From: Solirubrobacteraceae bacterium
GTDB lineage: Bacteria; Actinomycetota; Thermoleophilia; Solirubrobacterales; Solirubrobacteraceae
Length of the DNA: 39,628 nt
Assembly: GCA_016462245.1 (NCBI GenBank)
Contig: JAEMTR010000002.1
Location: 1 to 39,628 of the forward strand
Reading direction: 5' to 3'
Shown here: positions 26,962-36,241 of the stretch, piece after piece
Position numbering within the stretch: position 1 is the stretch's first letter
How the letters are laid out: the number at the start of each line of letters is the position of its first letter
Position numbers and translations under genes: made by a program
Notes under the pieces: model-generated
Seen by the model: the letters and a program-made list of their open reading frames with translations, nothing else
Told to the model about the DNA's origin: nothing
Database searches by the model: none

Positions 26962-27674
26962 CAGGACCCGTCAGGTTCACGGAAGCGGTAGCCAACGCCG
27001 CGCACGGTGAGGATGTAATTCGGCTCGCGCGTGTCGGCTTCTAGCTTCTCGCGTAGGTGGCGGATGTGAACGTCAACCGTGCGCGGGTCGCGGTAGTCGC
27101 TATTGCCCCAAACCTGGCTGAGTAGCTGGTCGCGGCTGAAGACTCGCCCCGGGCTGCCAGCCAGCGCCAGCAGAATCTCGAACTCGACGAAGGTCAGTTC
27201 GACCTGGTTGCCGTCGAGTACGACGCGGCGCTTCGGAAGGTCGATCTGAAGCTGGTCGTTGACGATCACCTCTTCGCTCTCTTCGCTAGCGTCGACCGCC
27301 AACGAAGAGCGGCGCAGCAACGCCTTTACGCGACTGCGGAACTCGCGAACAGAAAATGGTTTCGTGATGTAGTCATCGGCGCCGATCTCAAGGCCGACGA
27401 TTTTGTCGACCTCCTCCGACTTGGCGGTCAGCATGATGATCGGCACCGTGCTGCGGCTTCGTAGCCGCTGGCAGAGCTCGAAGCCATCCATCCGCGGCAT
27501 CATCACGTCGAGCACGACGAGGTCGAAAGTCGATTCGCGAAAGAGTTCGAGCCCCTCGCGCCCGTCGCTTGCCTGGACGACTTCGTAGCCGTCCTGCCTC
27601 AACGGGAAGGAGAGAAGCTCCTGAATTGACTGCTCATCATCGACGAGCAGAATGCGTGCGGTCCGCTCTGTCAT
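26961..27674 (-). CDS. OmpR/PhoB-family response regulator
   Basis: Receiver residues (LLVDDE, DLVVLDVMMP, MLTAK). Winged-helix output (LTFVEFEILLAL.., ILTVRGVGYRF). The stop overlaps the kinase start. Confidence 0.92.
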   Translation of the reverse strand: MTERTARILLVDDEQSIQELLSFPLRQDGYEVVQASDGREGLELFRESTFDLVVLDVMMPRMDGFELCQRLRSRSTVPIIMLTAKSEEVDKIVGLEIGADDYITKPFSVREFRSRVKALLRRSSLAVDASEESEEVIVNDQLQIDLPKRRVVLDGNQVELTFVEFEILLALAGSPGRVFSRDQLLSQVWGNSDYRDPRTVDVHIRHLREKLEADTREPNYILTVRGVGYRFREPDGS

Positions 27675-27716
27675 CTGCGAGTGCCAGCCTAGGCGCTTTA
27701 CCCTTCCTCTACAGCA

Positions 27717-29483
27717 ATGCTTGACCCGCGCATCTATCGAGCAGCATTCGTCCCGGTGCTGTTCGTCCTAATCATCGTCGCCTTCTCACTTGAGAATCGG
27801 CCTGAGCCGCTGCGCTCGCAGTTAGTTCCGGCGGCTTTCGATGGGGCGAGAGCTGCGCGGATGATGAATTCGCTCAGCGCACAATTTCCTCAGCGCCGGC
27901 CTGGTAGCGCCGGTGATCAGGAGCTCGCTTCGCGCGTCGCTAAGGAGCTGCGAGCGGTAATGCCGAAGGTCGTGGTCAGCGAGCGCGCAGTGAATGACGC
28001 CAGCACGGTCGATGGTCAGCGCGACCTGATCAACGTTGAAGTGACGCAGCCCGGTTCGGCCCCGGGTGCGCCGCTGGTCGTGGTTGCCGCCCGCGATGCA
28101 CTGGCCCCAGGCTCCACTGCCGCACTTTCGGGAACGGCAGCGATGATCGAGATTGCTCGCGTGGTCGCGCTCGCCCGCCCACTGCGCAGCGTCACCTTCG
28201 CCTCGGTTAGCGGCTCGACCGGCGGGCAGGCGGGGATTAAGCAGCTCGCCGCGCGGCTACCACGACCGATCGGCGCGATGATCGTGCTCGGTGATCTGGC
28301 CGGGCCGGTGACGACCGATCAGCTCGTGACCGGTTGGTCATCCTCGCCGGGCGCCGCGCCTCTGGTTCTGTCGCGCACGGTGGCGACGGCGCTGCGAGCG
28401 GAGACGGGGCTGAAGGCCGCTTCGCCGCTGGCTCGCAGTGAGCTTGCCCGCTTTGCCTGGCCGGTCACCGTCGGGCAGCAAGGGCCAGCGGTTACGGCCG
28501 GAATCCCAGCCGTTCTGCTGTCAGCCAGCGGCGAGTTACCGCCGGCCGGTGACGCGCCGGTCGACTCGTCGCGGCTACAGAACTTTGGCCGCGCCGCGCT
28601 GCGCTCGCTCACGGCGTTGGACGCCAGCCCAAAGATCAGCGCCGCTAGCCCGAGCCTTGATCTCGTGATCACGCGCAAGCTGCTCCCGCCGTGGGCAATC
28701 CGCTTACTCGCCGCCGCGCTGCTGCTGCCGGCACTGTTAGCGGCCGCCGACGGGTTCGCGCGGCTGCGCCGCGAGCGCTCGCCCGTCGCCCGTTGGATCG
28801 TCTGGGTGCTCGCGATCGCATTGCCATTCGCACTGGCAGAGCTCTTCATCCGCGCGCTCGGATTATTCAGCGTCATAAATGCGACCGCGCCACCGGCTCC
28901 GCCCGGTTCGCTGCCGCTGGCTGCAGCAGGTATCGGCGCACTAGTAAGTGCGAGCGTGATCTTCGCGCTGGCCTTTCTCGTCCTGCGCCCGTTGATCAAC
29001 GGGGCGCTAACCGTCAGCGATTCGAGCGAGGCCCCTGGCGCCTCGTTGGCCCCGTCGCTCGTAGTCTGCCTCGTCGCGATCGTCGCCTGGATTTTCAATC
29101 CCTACGCCGCTCTGTTGCTAGTTCTGCCGGTCAACATTTGGCTCTTGGTCGGTGCCCGCGAGCTACCACTGCGACGTCGCTGGGCGATCTTCTGGATTCT
29201 CGTCAGCCTGCTACCCGTGGTCGCGGTGGTGCTCGTCTACCTCGATCAGTTTGCGCTCTCGCCGTTGGCGCTGATCTGGTTTATCTTCGTCGCGCTGGCG
29301 GGCGGAACTCCGCCGCTACTGGCCGCGCTCGGCTGGTGCTTAGCCTGCGGCGCTGGCGCCGCGGCGCTACTGCGCGCCGTGCGCCGCGATCGCGCACCCG
29401 ATCCGGCGATCACGGTCCGCGGGCCAGCTAGCTACGCCGGGCCGGGCTCGCTCGGCGGAGTCGATTCAGCTCGCCGACGCTGA
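27717..29483 (+). CDS. Large membrane protein: N-terminal anchor, M28-peptidase-like extracytoplasmic domain with degenerate metal ligands, C-terminal polytopic domain
   Basis: RRPGSAGDQELASRVAKEL and LVVVAARDA / VTFASVSGSTGGQAG follow the M28 layout, but the usual His-x-Asp and Glu-Glu positions are replaced. About 7 helices follow residue ~330. Family assignment is pattern-level only. Confidence 0.6.
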   Translation: MLDPRIYRAAFVPVLFVLIIVAFSLENRPEPLRSQLVPAAFDGARAARMMNSLSAQFPQRRPGSAGDQELASRVAKELRAVMPKVVVSERAVNDASTVDGQRDLINVEVTQPGSAPGAPLVVVAARDALAPGSTAALSGTAAMIEIARVVALARPLRSVTFASVSGSTGGQAGIKQLAARLPRPIGAMIVLGDLAGPVTTDQLVTGWSSSPGAAPLVLSRTVATALRAETGLKAASPLARSELARFAWPVTVGQQGPAVTAGIPAVLLSASGELPPAGDAPVDSSRLQNFGRAALRSLTALDASPKISAASPSLDLVITRKLLPPWAIRLLAAALLLPALLAAADGFARLRRERSPVARWIVWVLAIALPFALAELFIRALGLFSVINATAPPAPPGSLPLAAAGIGALVSASVIFALAFLVLRPLINGALTVSDSSEAPGASLAPSLVVCLVAIVAWIFNPYAALLLVLPVNIWLLVGARELPLRRRWAIFWILVSLLPVVAVVLVYLDQFALSPLALIWFIFVALAGGTPPLLAALGWCLACGAGAAALLRAVRRDRAPDPAITVRGPASYAGPGSLGGVDSARRR

Positions 29484-30455
29484 AGGATCCTCACCGATGC
29501 GGTGCTCGTAGCCATGGAGCTCTACCTGCTCGCCGCCAAGGCCGATGAAACGCACTTCACCGGGGCCATCAAGAACGCTGCCAACGCGGATCAGGCCGTC
29601 GATCTGAGCCGCAGCAGCTTCAGGCAGGCAGGCACAGAGCTCGAAGTCTTCGCCGCCGCTGGCGGCAAACTGAGCTGCATCGCGACCCAGCTCGGCGGCA
29701 ATTTGGCCGACGCCTGCGGCAAGCGGGATCGCTGCTAGCTCAATCTCTAACGTGACTGAGCTGCGTGTAGCAATCTCGCCAGCATCGGTTGCGAGGCCGT
29801 CGGAAAGGTCGATCAGCGCGCCGGCGCCGGCGCTGCGCAGCTCGCGAGCACAATCGAAACGCGGTTGTGGCCGCAGCTGAGCGCAGATCAGCGCTTCGCC
29901 TAGCTTCCGGTCGAGCTCGCCACCGGCAGCACCTTCGAGCAGCGCCAGCCCTGCCGCCGCGCCGCCGAGCGGCCCGCTGACAAATACGCCATCACCGACT
30001 CTCGCGCCGCCACGACCGATCAGCTGCTCTGCGTCGTCGCTCCAGCCGACGACAGTAACTGAGCAGAAGAGCGTTGATGAGCGAACCAAATCGCCACCGG
30101 CAACCGTCACGCCGGTCTCTTTGGCCAGCGCTTCGACCGAAGCGGCGAGGCTCAGCACGTCGCTTTCACTGAGGTCGCTGGGAACGCCGAGCGAGATGTA
30201 TGCCTCGCCGGGCTCGGCGGCCATCGCCGCCAGGTCGGAGAGAGCGACGGCTAGCGCCTTGTGGCCGACGTCGGCAACGGTTACGCGCTCGTTGCTGAGA
30301 CGAAAGTGGATTCCGTCGACGATCGAATCGACGCTCGTCACGCAGTAGGGCTTCGAACGGACTACGGCGCAGTCGTCACCGATCCAGTCGAGGTTACGCT
30401 CGCCGCGCTGGGCGAAGAGCTGCTCGAAGGCGCCGATCAGCGAGCGTTCGCTCAA
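29466..30455 (-). CDS. thiL: Thiamine-monophosphate kinase
   Basis: IGDDCAVV, SVDSIVDGIHF, VGHKALAVALSDLAAMAAEP, VAGGDL, RGGARVGDGVFVSGPLGGAAAG (AIR-synthase-like fold, ThiL pattern). Confidence 0.88.
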   Translation of the reverse strand: MSERSLIGAFEQLFAQRGERNLDWIGDDCAVVRSKPYCVTSVDSIVDGIHFRLSNERVTVADVGHKALAVALSDLAAMAAEPGEAYISLGVPSDLSESDVLSLAASVEALAKETGVTVAGGDLVRSSTLFCSVTVVGWSDDAEQLIGRGGARVGDGVFVSGPLGGAAAGLALLEGAAGGELDRKLGEALICAQLRPQPRFDCARELRSAGAGALIDLSDGLATDAGEIATRSSVTLEIELAAIPLAAGVGQIAAELGRDAAQFAASGGEDFELCACLPEAAAAQIDGLIRVGSVLDGPGEVRFIGLGGEQVELHGYEHRIGEDPSASAS

Positions 30456-30467
30456 CTTAAAACCCCG

Positions 30468-30686
30468 CTAGCGGTGGCGGTAGACGATCCGCGCGCGGTC
30501 AAGGTCGTATGGCGAGACTTCAACGCGGACGCGGTCACCGGGAAGGATTCGAATCCGGTAGCGGCGCATCTTGCCCGCTACGTGACCGAGCACGAGGTGT
30601 CCGTTGTCGAGTTTGACGCGGAACATCGCGTTTGGCAGCGCTTCAATAACGTCGCCTTCAAACTCGACTTTCTCTTCTTTAGCCAT
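30468..30686 (-). CDS. infA: Translation initiation factor IF-1
   Basis: 72 aa. [62 protein letters not shown] is near-canonical IF-1. Confidence 0.96.
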   Translation of the reverse strand: MAKEEKVEFEGDVIEALPNAMFRVKLDNGHLVLGHVAGKMRRYRIRILPGDRVRVEVSPYDLDRARIVYRHR

Positions 30687-30716
30687 CAGCGCTGACCGTA
30701 GCAGTCGCTGCGTCCG

Positions 30717-32963
30717 TTAACCGGGCGTAACGCCGCCTGTGCCTGGGTCAACGGGGGTTGGCTCCGGCGTTGGCGTTGGCGTCGGCGTTGGCGTTGGCGT
30801 TGGCGTCGGCGTCGGCTTCGGGTTCGGGGGCGACTCGTACTGGCCGCCGTTCTTCTTGTCGTCCTTGGGCTTCTTGTCCTTCTTCTTGTCCTTGGCGAGC
30901 GGATCGACGGCGTCGCCGGGCGCGCCCTCGGTTGCGTAGGTGCCAAGGAACTCGACCGCTACGAACGGGTCCTTCGGCTCTGGGAAGGGGTCGCAGGGAC
31001 GACCTTCCATCGCCGTTGTCATGAAGTCGCGCCAGATGCTGGCCGGGGCCGCCCCGCCGGACATGCCGCCCATCGAGATTGCTGCGTCCGGGTAGCCAAC
31101 CCAGACCGTCGTGTTGAGTGAGCTTGTGAAACCGCCAAACCAGGCATCGGTCGAGTCGTTCGTCGTTCCCGTCTTGCCCGCTACCGGGCAACCGAGCTGG
31201 GCGCCGGTTCCGGTGCCACCAATCACGTTTGCTTCCATCGCCTTGACCGCTTCGTAGGTCTGCCCGTCGCTGAAGGCTTTTACGCGGTCGCGGCGTCCAA
31301 GCGAGCTGTCGACCCGGCCATCGGCGAATTCGACCTTCTTGATCGCCACCGCGCGCGTCCGCCAACCGCCGTTATTAATCGTCGCGTAGGCGCGCGTCAT
31401 CTCAAGTGCGGTGACACCGTTGGTTAGGCCGCCGAGCCCTTCCGCCGGGTAGGCGTCGAGCTTGCTGGTGATGCCGAGGTCGTATGCGGCGCGGCGCACC
31501 TCTTCGGGCCCAACGTCAAGGTCGAGCTGCTGGAAGATCGTGTTGTCGGACTTCACGAGCGCCTGAAAAACGGACATCGATCCGCTGTACGAATGGTCGT
31601 AGGTTTGAACGTCAATCGGCGTTCCTGTTCCTTCGTCAACGAATTTCAGCGGCTTCGATTCGTAAGTTGTGGCATTGATGTCAACGCCTTGGCGCAAAGC
31701 TGCCATCAGCACCATCACCTTGAAGGTCGAGCCCGGCTGCCGTTGACCCTGAGCGGCAAGATTGAATTTTGACGCTGAGTAGTCGCCGGACGAAGCCATC
31801 GCCTTAATCTCACCGTTCTTTGGATCCATGCTGACGACCGCAGACGAGGGGCCTCCGCTTCCGAGATTGGCAGCGATCGCTTCACGCGCTCGCCGCTGGA
31901 GTTTCAGATTTACTGTCGTGTAGACCTTCATCCCGCCGGCGCGAACGCGGTCAGCGCCATAGCGGGCGACCAGCTCTTTCTTGACGTAGTCGAAGAAGTA
32001 TCCCTCGCGACGCTGTGCGTAATAGCTGCTCTGCTTGACGCCAAGTGGCTCGCGATTAGCGGCTGCCGCTTGGTCGGCGCTGATGTAGCCCTGTTCCTTC
32101 ATCTTCCGCAAGACTCGGGCGCGACGCTCGCGAGCCAGGTCGGGGGCCAAGAACGGGTTGTACCGCGATGGCGCCTGTGGCAGCCCGGCAAGTAGCGCTG
32201 ACTGGCTCAACGTCAGCTCGCTGGAAGACTTACCGAACAGCACGCGCGCAGCGGCCCCAACACCGACGGCGGTCTGGCCGCCAACGGTGCCATAGGGAAC
32301 GTTGTTGATGTACTCGTTGAGAATCCAGCGCTTGCCCTCGGCACCGGGGTGGCGCGCCTCAATCTCGGTCGCAAGCTTTGCCTCGCGGATCTTGCGGTTG
32401 ATCGTTCGTTCGCGCCCACCTTGGTACATGTTGCGAACCAGCTGCATCGTTAGCGTTGATCCGCCCTGGACGGTTGATCCGCTGGAGAAGTTCTGCACGG
32501 CGGCTCGCGCAACGCCTTCGTAATCAACGCCGTTGTGCTTGAAGAAGCGCTGATCCTCAATCGCCACGGTTGCGTCACGCATCTCTTGCGTGATCTGAGT
32601 TGCCTTCACCGGAGTTCGCAGCACGTCGCCTTGAATGAAGCCAAGTCGCGTCCCATCGGCGGCATAAACGGTCGAGGTTGCGCCTTGCTCAGCCGGTTTC
32701 AGTTCGCTCAGCTTTGGCGCCGACGAGGCGATCGAAGCGAGGTAGCCAAAACCTCCTAGAACAGCGATGAATGCTGCCGCTCCACCGATTGAGAGCAGGG
32801 CGAAGATCGCTCGCCCGGCACCTGCCTGGCTGCGACGACGACGAAGTTTTCGGCTGCGTAGAGACACGTGGGTAGTTGTTCGCGGCAGTCTTGCTGGCAC
32901 CTTCCAAAAGCGCCCATTTCTACAGCGAAGAAAGACAATTCTAGCCTGTGCGATCAGCGTCAA
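30717..32963 (-). CDS. Class A penicillin-binding protein (glycosyltransferase GT51 plus transpeptidase) with Lys-rich and Pro-Thr repeat C-terminal tail
   Basis: GT51 motifs EDQRFFKHNGVD, GGSTLTMQL, RKIREA. Transpeptidase motifs STFK, SDN, KTGTT. The tail is ..KDKKKDKKPKDDKK..PKPTPTPTPTPTPTPTPTPEPTP. The start may instead be GTG 32867, just before the RRRR-TM anchor. Confidence 0.9.
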   Translation of the reverse strand: MTLIAQARIVFLRCRNGRFWKVPARLPRTTTHVSLRSRKLRRRRSQAGAGRAIFALLSIGGAAAFIAVLGGFGYLASIASSAPKLSELKPAEQGATSTVYAADGTRLGFIQGDVLRTPVKATQITQEMRDATVAIEDQRFFKHNGVDYEGVARAAVQNFSSGSTVQGGSTLTMQLVRNMYQGGRERTINRKIREAKLATEIEARHPGAEGKRWILNEYINNVPYGTVGGQTAVGVGAAARVLFGKSSSELTLSQSALLAGLPQAPSRYNPFLAPDLARERRARVLRKMKEQGYISADQAAAANREPLGVKQSSYYAQRREGYFFDYVKKELVARYGADRVRAGGMKVYTTVNLKLQRRAREAIAANLGSGGPSSAVVSMDPKNGEIKAMASSGDYSASKFNLAAQGQRQPGSTFKVMVLMAALRQGVDINATTYESKPLKFVDEGTGTPIDVQTYDHSYSGSMSVFQALVKSDNTIFQQLDLDVGPEEVRRAAYDLGITSKLDAYPAEGLGGLTNGVTALEMTRAYATINNGGWRTRAVAIKKVEFADGRVDSSLGRRDRVKAFSDGQTYEAVKAMEANVIGGTGTGAQLGCPVAGKTGTTNDSTDAWFGGFTSSLNTTVWVGYPDAAISMGGMSGGAAPASIWRDFMTTAMEGRPCDPFPEPKDPFVAVEFLGTYATEGAPGDAVDPLAKDKKKDKKPKDDKKNGGQYESPPNPKPTPTPTPTPTPTPTPTPEPTPVDPGTGGVTPG
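30766..30825 (-). repeat. Coding hexanucleotide tandem repeat (GGCGTY x ~10 on the plus strand) encoding the (Pro-Thr)n tail of the PBP
   Basis: Direct reading: ggcgtt ggcgtt ggcgtc ggcgtt ggcgtt ggcgtt ggcgtc ggcgtc ggcttc gggttc. Confidence 0.9.
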
Positions 32964-33016
32964 GCGCCGCTTCGTTGGCAGGTTCGTGCGGCCGCTCGGG
33001 GAATATCACTCAAAGA

Positions 33017-33724
33017 ATGGCTGAATTGCTCCCGGCTGAGCTACCGGAGATCATCTCGCTCGACGCGCTTGGCACACTTATCGAAGTCGTCGACCCGGTC
33101 GGCGGCCTTGTGGCGGCGCTCGCCCAGCGCGGCGTAACGATCAGCAGCGAGGAGGCAGCGCAGGGCCTTGGCGCTGAGATGTCCTACTACCGCTCCAACA
33201 GCGCCTTTGCTGGCACTGCCGAAGCGCTTGAGCAGCTGCGAGACCGCTCGACCGAGGTGCTCACAGAAGCGCTGCCGCAGTCGGCCTCGGTGATCGGCTT
33301 TGCGGCGATGCGCGAATCGCTCGGCGAGGCGGTCCGCTTCGCCCCATTCCCAGAGGTTGATGCTGTTCTCGGCGCTCTCCGCGCCGCCGGTGCGCGGCTC
33401 GTGATCGTCAGCAACTGGGATATCTCGCTCTACGAGGTGCTCGATCAGATCGGCTTGCGCGAGAAGGTCGACGCCGTTGTTATCTCTGCCGAGGAGGGGC
33501 TGGCCAAACCTGATCCAGAGTTGGTGCGCCGCGCCGTCGGTCGCGTTGGCGGTGGTCCTGATTCGACCGTTTGGCATGTAGGTGACGATCCGGCATCGGA
33601 CCTAGAGCTCGCGCGCGCGGCCGGGGTTCTGCCGGTCTTGGTTGATCGCTACGGCCAATACGGCGATTTGGACAATGTGATCGTGCTCGATTCACTGCAA
33701 GGTTTGTTAGCGCCCGCCCGCTAA
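33017..33724 (+). CDS. HAD-superfamily hydrolase, subfamily IA (haloacid-dehalogenase-like motif I)
   Basis: Motif I SLDALGTL (DxxGTL type), motif II VSNWD, and motifs III/IV K..VGDDPASD. I prefer ATG 33017 over track 32948, which overlaps the PBP start region. Confidence 0.78.
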   Translation: MAELLPAELPEIISLDALGTLIEVVDPVGGLVAALAQRGVTISSEEAAQGLGAEMSYYRSNSAFAGTAEALEQLRDRSTEVLTEALPQSASVIGFAAMRESLGEAVRFAPFPEVDAVLGALRAAGARLVIVSNWDISLYEVLDQIGLREKVDAVVISAEEGLAKPDPELVRRAVGRVGGGPDSTVWHVGDDPASDLELARAAGVLPVLVDRYGQYGDLDNVIVLDSLQGLLAPAR

Positions 33725-33726
33725 AG

Positions 33727-34644
33727 TTGCGGCCAATGTCGACCGCTTACCCAGCAGGGCTTGAGGCGCCGTTCATTCATCCGCCGCCGCCGCAGCGGCC
33801 GGAGCTGCCGGATGGCATCGAGCCGACCTCGATGGCACCGAACTGGCGTGCCTGGATGGGCTTTGTGGCGCTGCTGTTGGGCTTCGTGGCGGCCGCCGTT
33901 GGCGCCGTAATCTTGACGCTGATTGGCGCTGCCTTCGATGGCTCTGTCGTCGCCAGCGGCAAGCTCGCCAATCCATCTCCAGCGATCAACATTCTTGCGA
34001 CCGTCGTTCAGGATCTCTGTTTGATCGGCGCGGCGCTTATTCTTGCCCGTATTGGCGGGCGCCCGCGACCATGGGACTTTGGCTTGCGCGGCACGCGATT
34101 TTGGCCGGCGGTTGGTTGGTCGCTACTTACCTGGGTGAGTTTTCTGGCCGTCACGCTCGCTTGGGTGGCTCTGGTTGGGGCTGAAGATGTGGCCGACACG
34201 CTCCCCAGCGAGCTCGGCGCCGACAAGAGCAGCGTGGCGCTGGTGTCGGTGGGCATTCTCGTCTGCGTTTTGGCTCCGCTGGCGGAGGAGTTCTTCTTCC
34301 GCGGTTTCTTCTTCACGGCGCTGCGCTCATGGAAGGGGATCTGGCCAGCCGCACTGGTCACCGGCCTGATCTTCGGTGGCATCCACGCCGGCTCCTCGAA
34401 CATCGCCTTCCTTGTGCCGCTGGCCTTCTTCGGTTTTGCGCTCTGCCTGCTTTACGCAAAAACCGGCTCGCTCTATCCCTGCATCGCAATTCACGCCGCC
34501 AACAACTCGGTCGCATTCAGCTCCTCCCAGGATTGGAGCTGGCAGATGGCGCCGGTACTGGCCGGCTCGCTGGCGCTACTCGCCTTAATCTGCTGGCTGA
34601 TCCGCCTAGCGGCGGGGCCAACGCCCTCCTGGGCGCTGAGTTGA
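33727..34644 (+). CDS. CPBP-family (CAAX/Abi) intramembrane glutamic endopeptidase
   Basis: Signature LAEEFFFRGFFF, then FGGIHAG and IHAANN in later helices. TTG 33727, or ATG 33736 as the alternative start. Confidence 0.85.
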   Translation: MRPMSTAYPAGLEAPFIHPPPPQRPELPDGIEPTSMAPNWRAWMGFVALLLGFVAAAVGAVILTLIGAAFDGSVVASGKLANPSPAINILATVVQDLCLIGAALILARIGGRPRPWDFGLRGTRFWPAVGWSLLTWVSFLAVTLAWVALVGAEDVADTLPSELGADKSSVALVSVGILVCVLAPLAEEFFFRGFFFTALRSWKGIWPAALVTGLIFGGIHAGSSNIAFLVPLAFFGFALCLLYAKTGSLYPCIAIHAANNSVAFSSSQDWSWQMAPVLAGSLALLALICWLIRLAAGPTPSWALS

Positions 34645-34678
34645 CGCAATCCGGGGAGTCAATCCGTATAATCGGCTG

Positions 34679-35668
34679 GTGCCCAACCGTCGAGCCGCGA
34701 TCTTCACTTTGTTGTTCACGGTTTCGTTGTTGGCGCTGACTCCGGCAGCCTTGGCGCAGGACGTCCCACCAGCGCCAGCGCCGACGCCGACGCCGACGCC
34801 GGTCAAGGCGCGTATAACACTCAGCTTTAGCGGACTTACTAAGAGCCAGGTACTTGGCGGCAACTCGTGGACGATTAAGGGCAAGGTCAGTAGCTTCGTC
34901 GCGGGCCAGGGCGTCACGATCGAGGTCAAGCGCGCCGGCCGCAAACTCTTTACTCGCACTCTGGTGGTCAAGCAGGACGGCTCAATCGGCCGCTTCAGTC
35001 TGCCGATGAAACTCTCAAAGGGTGGCCGTCTGACAATCCGTGCCAGCCACGCCGCTACTGCTGCAATGGCGGCCGCGCAAAGCAGCGCGGTGCGCGTCAG
35101 AGTCGTCGCTCGCTACGCCAGTGCGGGAGATCGCGGCCTAGCCGTCACTTACCTGCAAAGTCGCCTTGCGAGGCTCGGTTACGTGGTCGGTCGCCGCGGC
35201 TCTTACGACGCTCGCACCGCTCGCGCCGTTCTCGCCTTCCGCAAGATCACACGGATGGCGCGCACTCAGGTGGCCACGAGTGAGGTCTTCAGCCGCCTTG
35301 AGAAAGGCTCGGGCCGCTTCAAGGTCCGCTATAAGGATCACGGCCGCCACGTTGAGGTAGATCTAACGCACCAAGTTCTCGCTCTGATCGATCGCGGCAA
35401 GGCGGTGCGGATCTACCCGACGAGCTCCGGCAAGGCCTCAACGCCAACGATCCTTGGCAATTTTTCGGTCTACCGAAAGGAAGCAGGAACCAATAGCCTC
35501 GGGATGATCTTCTCGACTTACTTCATCCGTGGCTACGCGATCCACGGCTTTGTCGACGTGCCGATCTACCCGGCTAGCCACGGTTGCCTGCGGATTCCAC
35601 CGCCGGACGCAGTCTCGGTTTACAACTGGATCAAGATCGGTACGCGCGTCGACACCTACTACCGCTAG
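34679..35668 (+). CDS. L,D-transpeptidase (YkuD domain) with peptidoglycan-binding domain and signal peptide
   Basis: Signal-like N-terminus ..LLALTPAALAQ. PAPAPTPTPTP linker. PG-binding-like VTYLQSRLARLGYVVG. Catalytic HGFVDVPIYPASHGCLRIP. Confidence 0.88.
   Translation: MPNRRAAIFTLLFTVSLLALTPAALAQDVPPAPAPTPTPTPVKARITLSFSGLTKSQVLGGNSWTIKGKVSSFVAGQGVTIEVKRAGRKLFTRTLVVKQDGSIGRFSLPMKLSKGGRLTIRASHAATAAMAAAQSSAVRVRVVARYASAGDRGLAVTYLQSRLARLGYVVGRRGSYDARTARAVLAFRKITRMARTQVATSEVFSRLEKGSGRFKVRYKDHGRHVEVDLTHQVLALIDRGKAVRIYPTSSGKASTPTILGNFSVYRKEAGTNSLGMIFSTYFIRGYAIHGFVDVPIYPASHGCLRIPPPDAVSVYNWIKIGTRVDTYYR
34769..34801 (+). repeat. Coding hexanucleotide tandem repeat (CCAGCG x2, CCGACG x3) encoding the PAPAPTPTPTP linker of the L,D-transpeptidase
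   Basis: Direct reading: ccagcg ccagcg ccgacg ccgacg ccgacg ccg. Confidence 0.85.
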
Positions 35669-35679
35669 CGTCGCCTTCG

Positions 35680-36228
35680 ATGGATGCCCGTGAACGGTTA
35701 ATCGAGCAGCTGCGCACGCACGCCTTGATCCTCGGTGAGGTGACGTTGACGAGCGGCGCCGTTGCCCAGTACTACGTTGATTCAAAGCGCGCGATCATGC
35801 TGCCTGTCGGTTTCGCGGCGCTCGGTGAGCTCGTTGCGGCGAAGGCCGCCGAGCTGGGTGCCACGGCGGTCGGCGGAATGACGATGGGCGCCGACCCCGT
35901 TGCCTGCTCGGCGCTCGCCGGCGGAGCTGACGTGAAGCTCTTCTTCGTCCGCAAGGAGGCCAAGCAGCATGGCCTCGCGCGACGGATCGAGGGCCCGCTG
36001 CTTGACCCAGGTGAGCGATGCCTCGTTGTCGAAGACGTTGTTACCAGCGGCGGCTCGACCGTCCGCGCGATCGAAGCGGTCCAGGAGGGTGGCCACGAGG
36101 TCGTCGGCGTCGTTTCGGTGCTTGATCGCCTAGCCGGCGGCGCCGAAGCGATCAAAGCTGCAGCCGGCGCTCCCTACACGGCGCTGACCACGATCGACGA
36201 CGTTTACCCCGACCGCACAGACCGCTAG
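35680..36228 (+). CDS. pyrE: Orotate phosphoribosyltransferase
   Basis: GEVTLTSGAVAQYYVD, the PRPP loop CLVVEDVVTSGGS, and FFVRKEAKQHG. I prefer ATG 35680 over track 35584, which overlaps the transpeptidase. Confidence 0.9.
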   Translation: MDARERLIEQLRTHALILGEVTLTSGAVAQYYVDSKRAIMLPVGFAALGELVAAKAAELGATAVGGMTMGADPVACSALAGGADVKLFFVRKEAKQHGLARRIEGPLLDPGERCLVVEDVVTSGGSTVRAIEAVQEGGHEVVGVVSVLDRLAGGAEAIKAAAGAPYTALTTIDDVYPDRTDR

Positions 36229-36241
36229 CCGCAGTAGGGAA

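Noticed and set aside
30766-30825. The tandem repeat as a possible CRISPR array or non-coding satellite. Includes the Arg-rich 86-aa ORF 30686..30946 and the 66-aa ORF 30739..30939 that read through it.
   Set aside because: The unit is only 6 nt with no spacers. The repeat is in frame within the PBP gene and encodes a Pro-Thr linker. The other two ORFs are alternative-frame readings of the same repeat.
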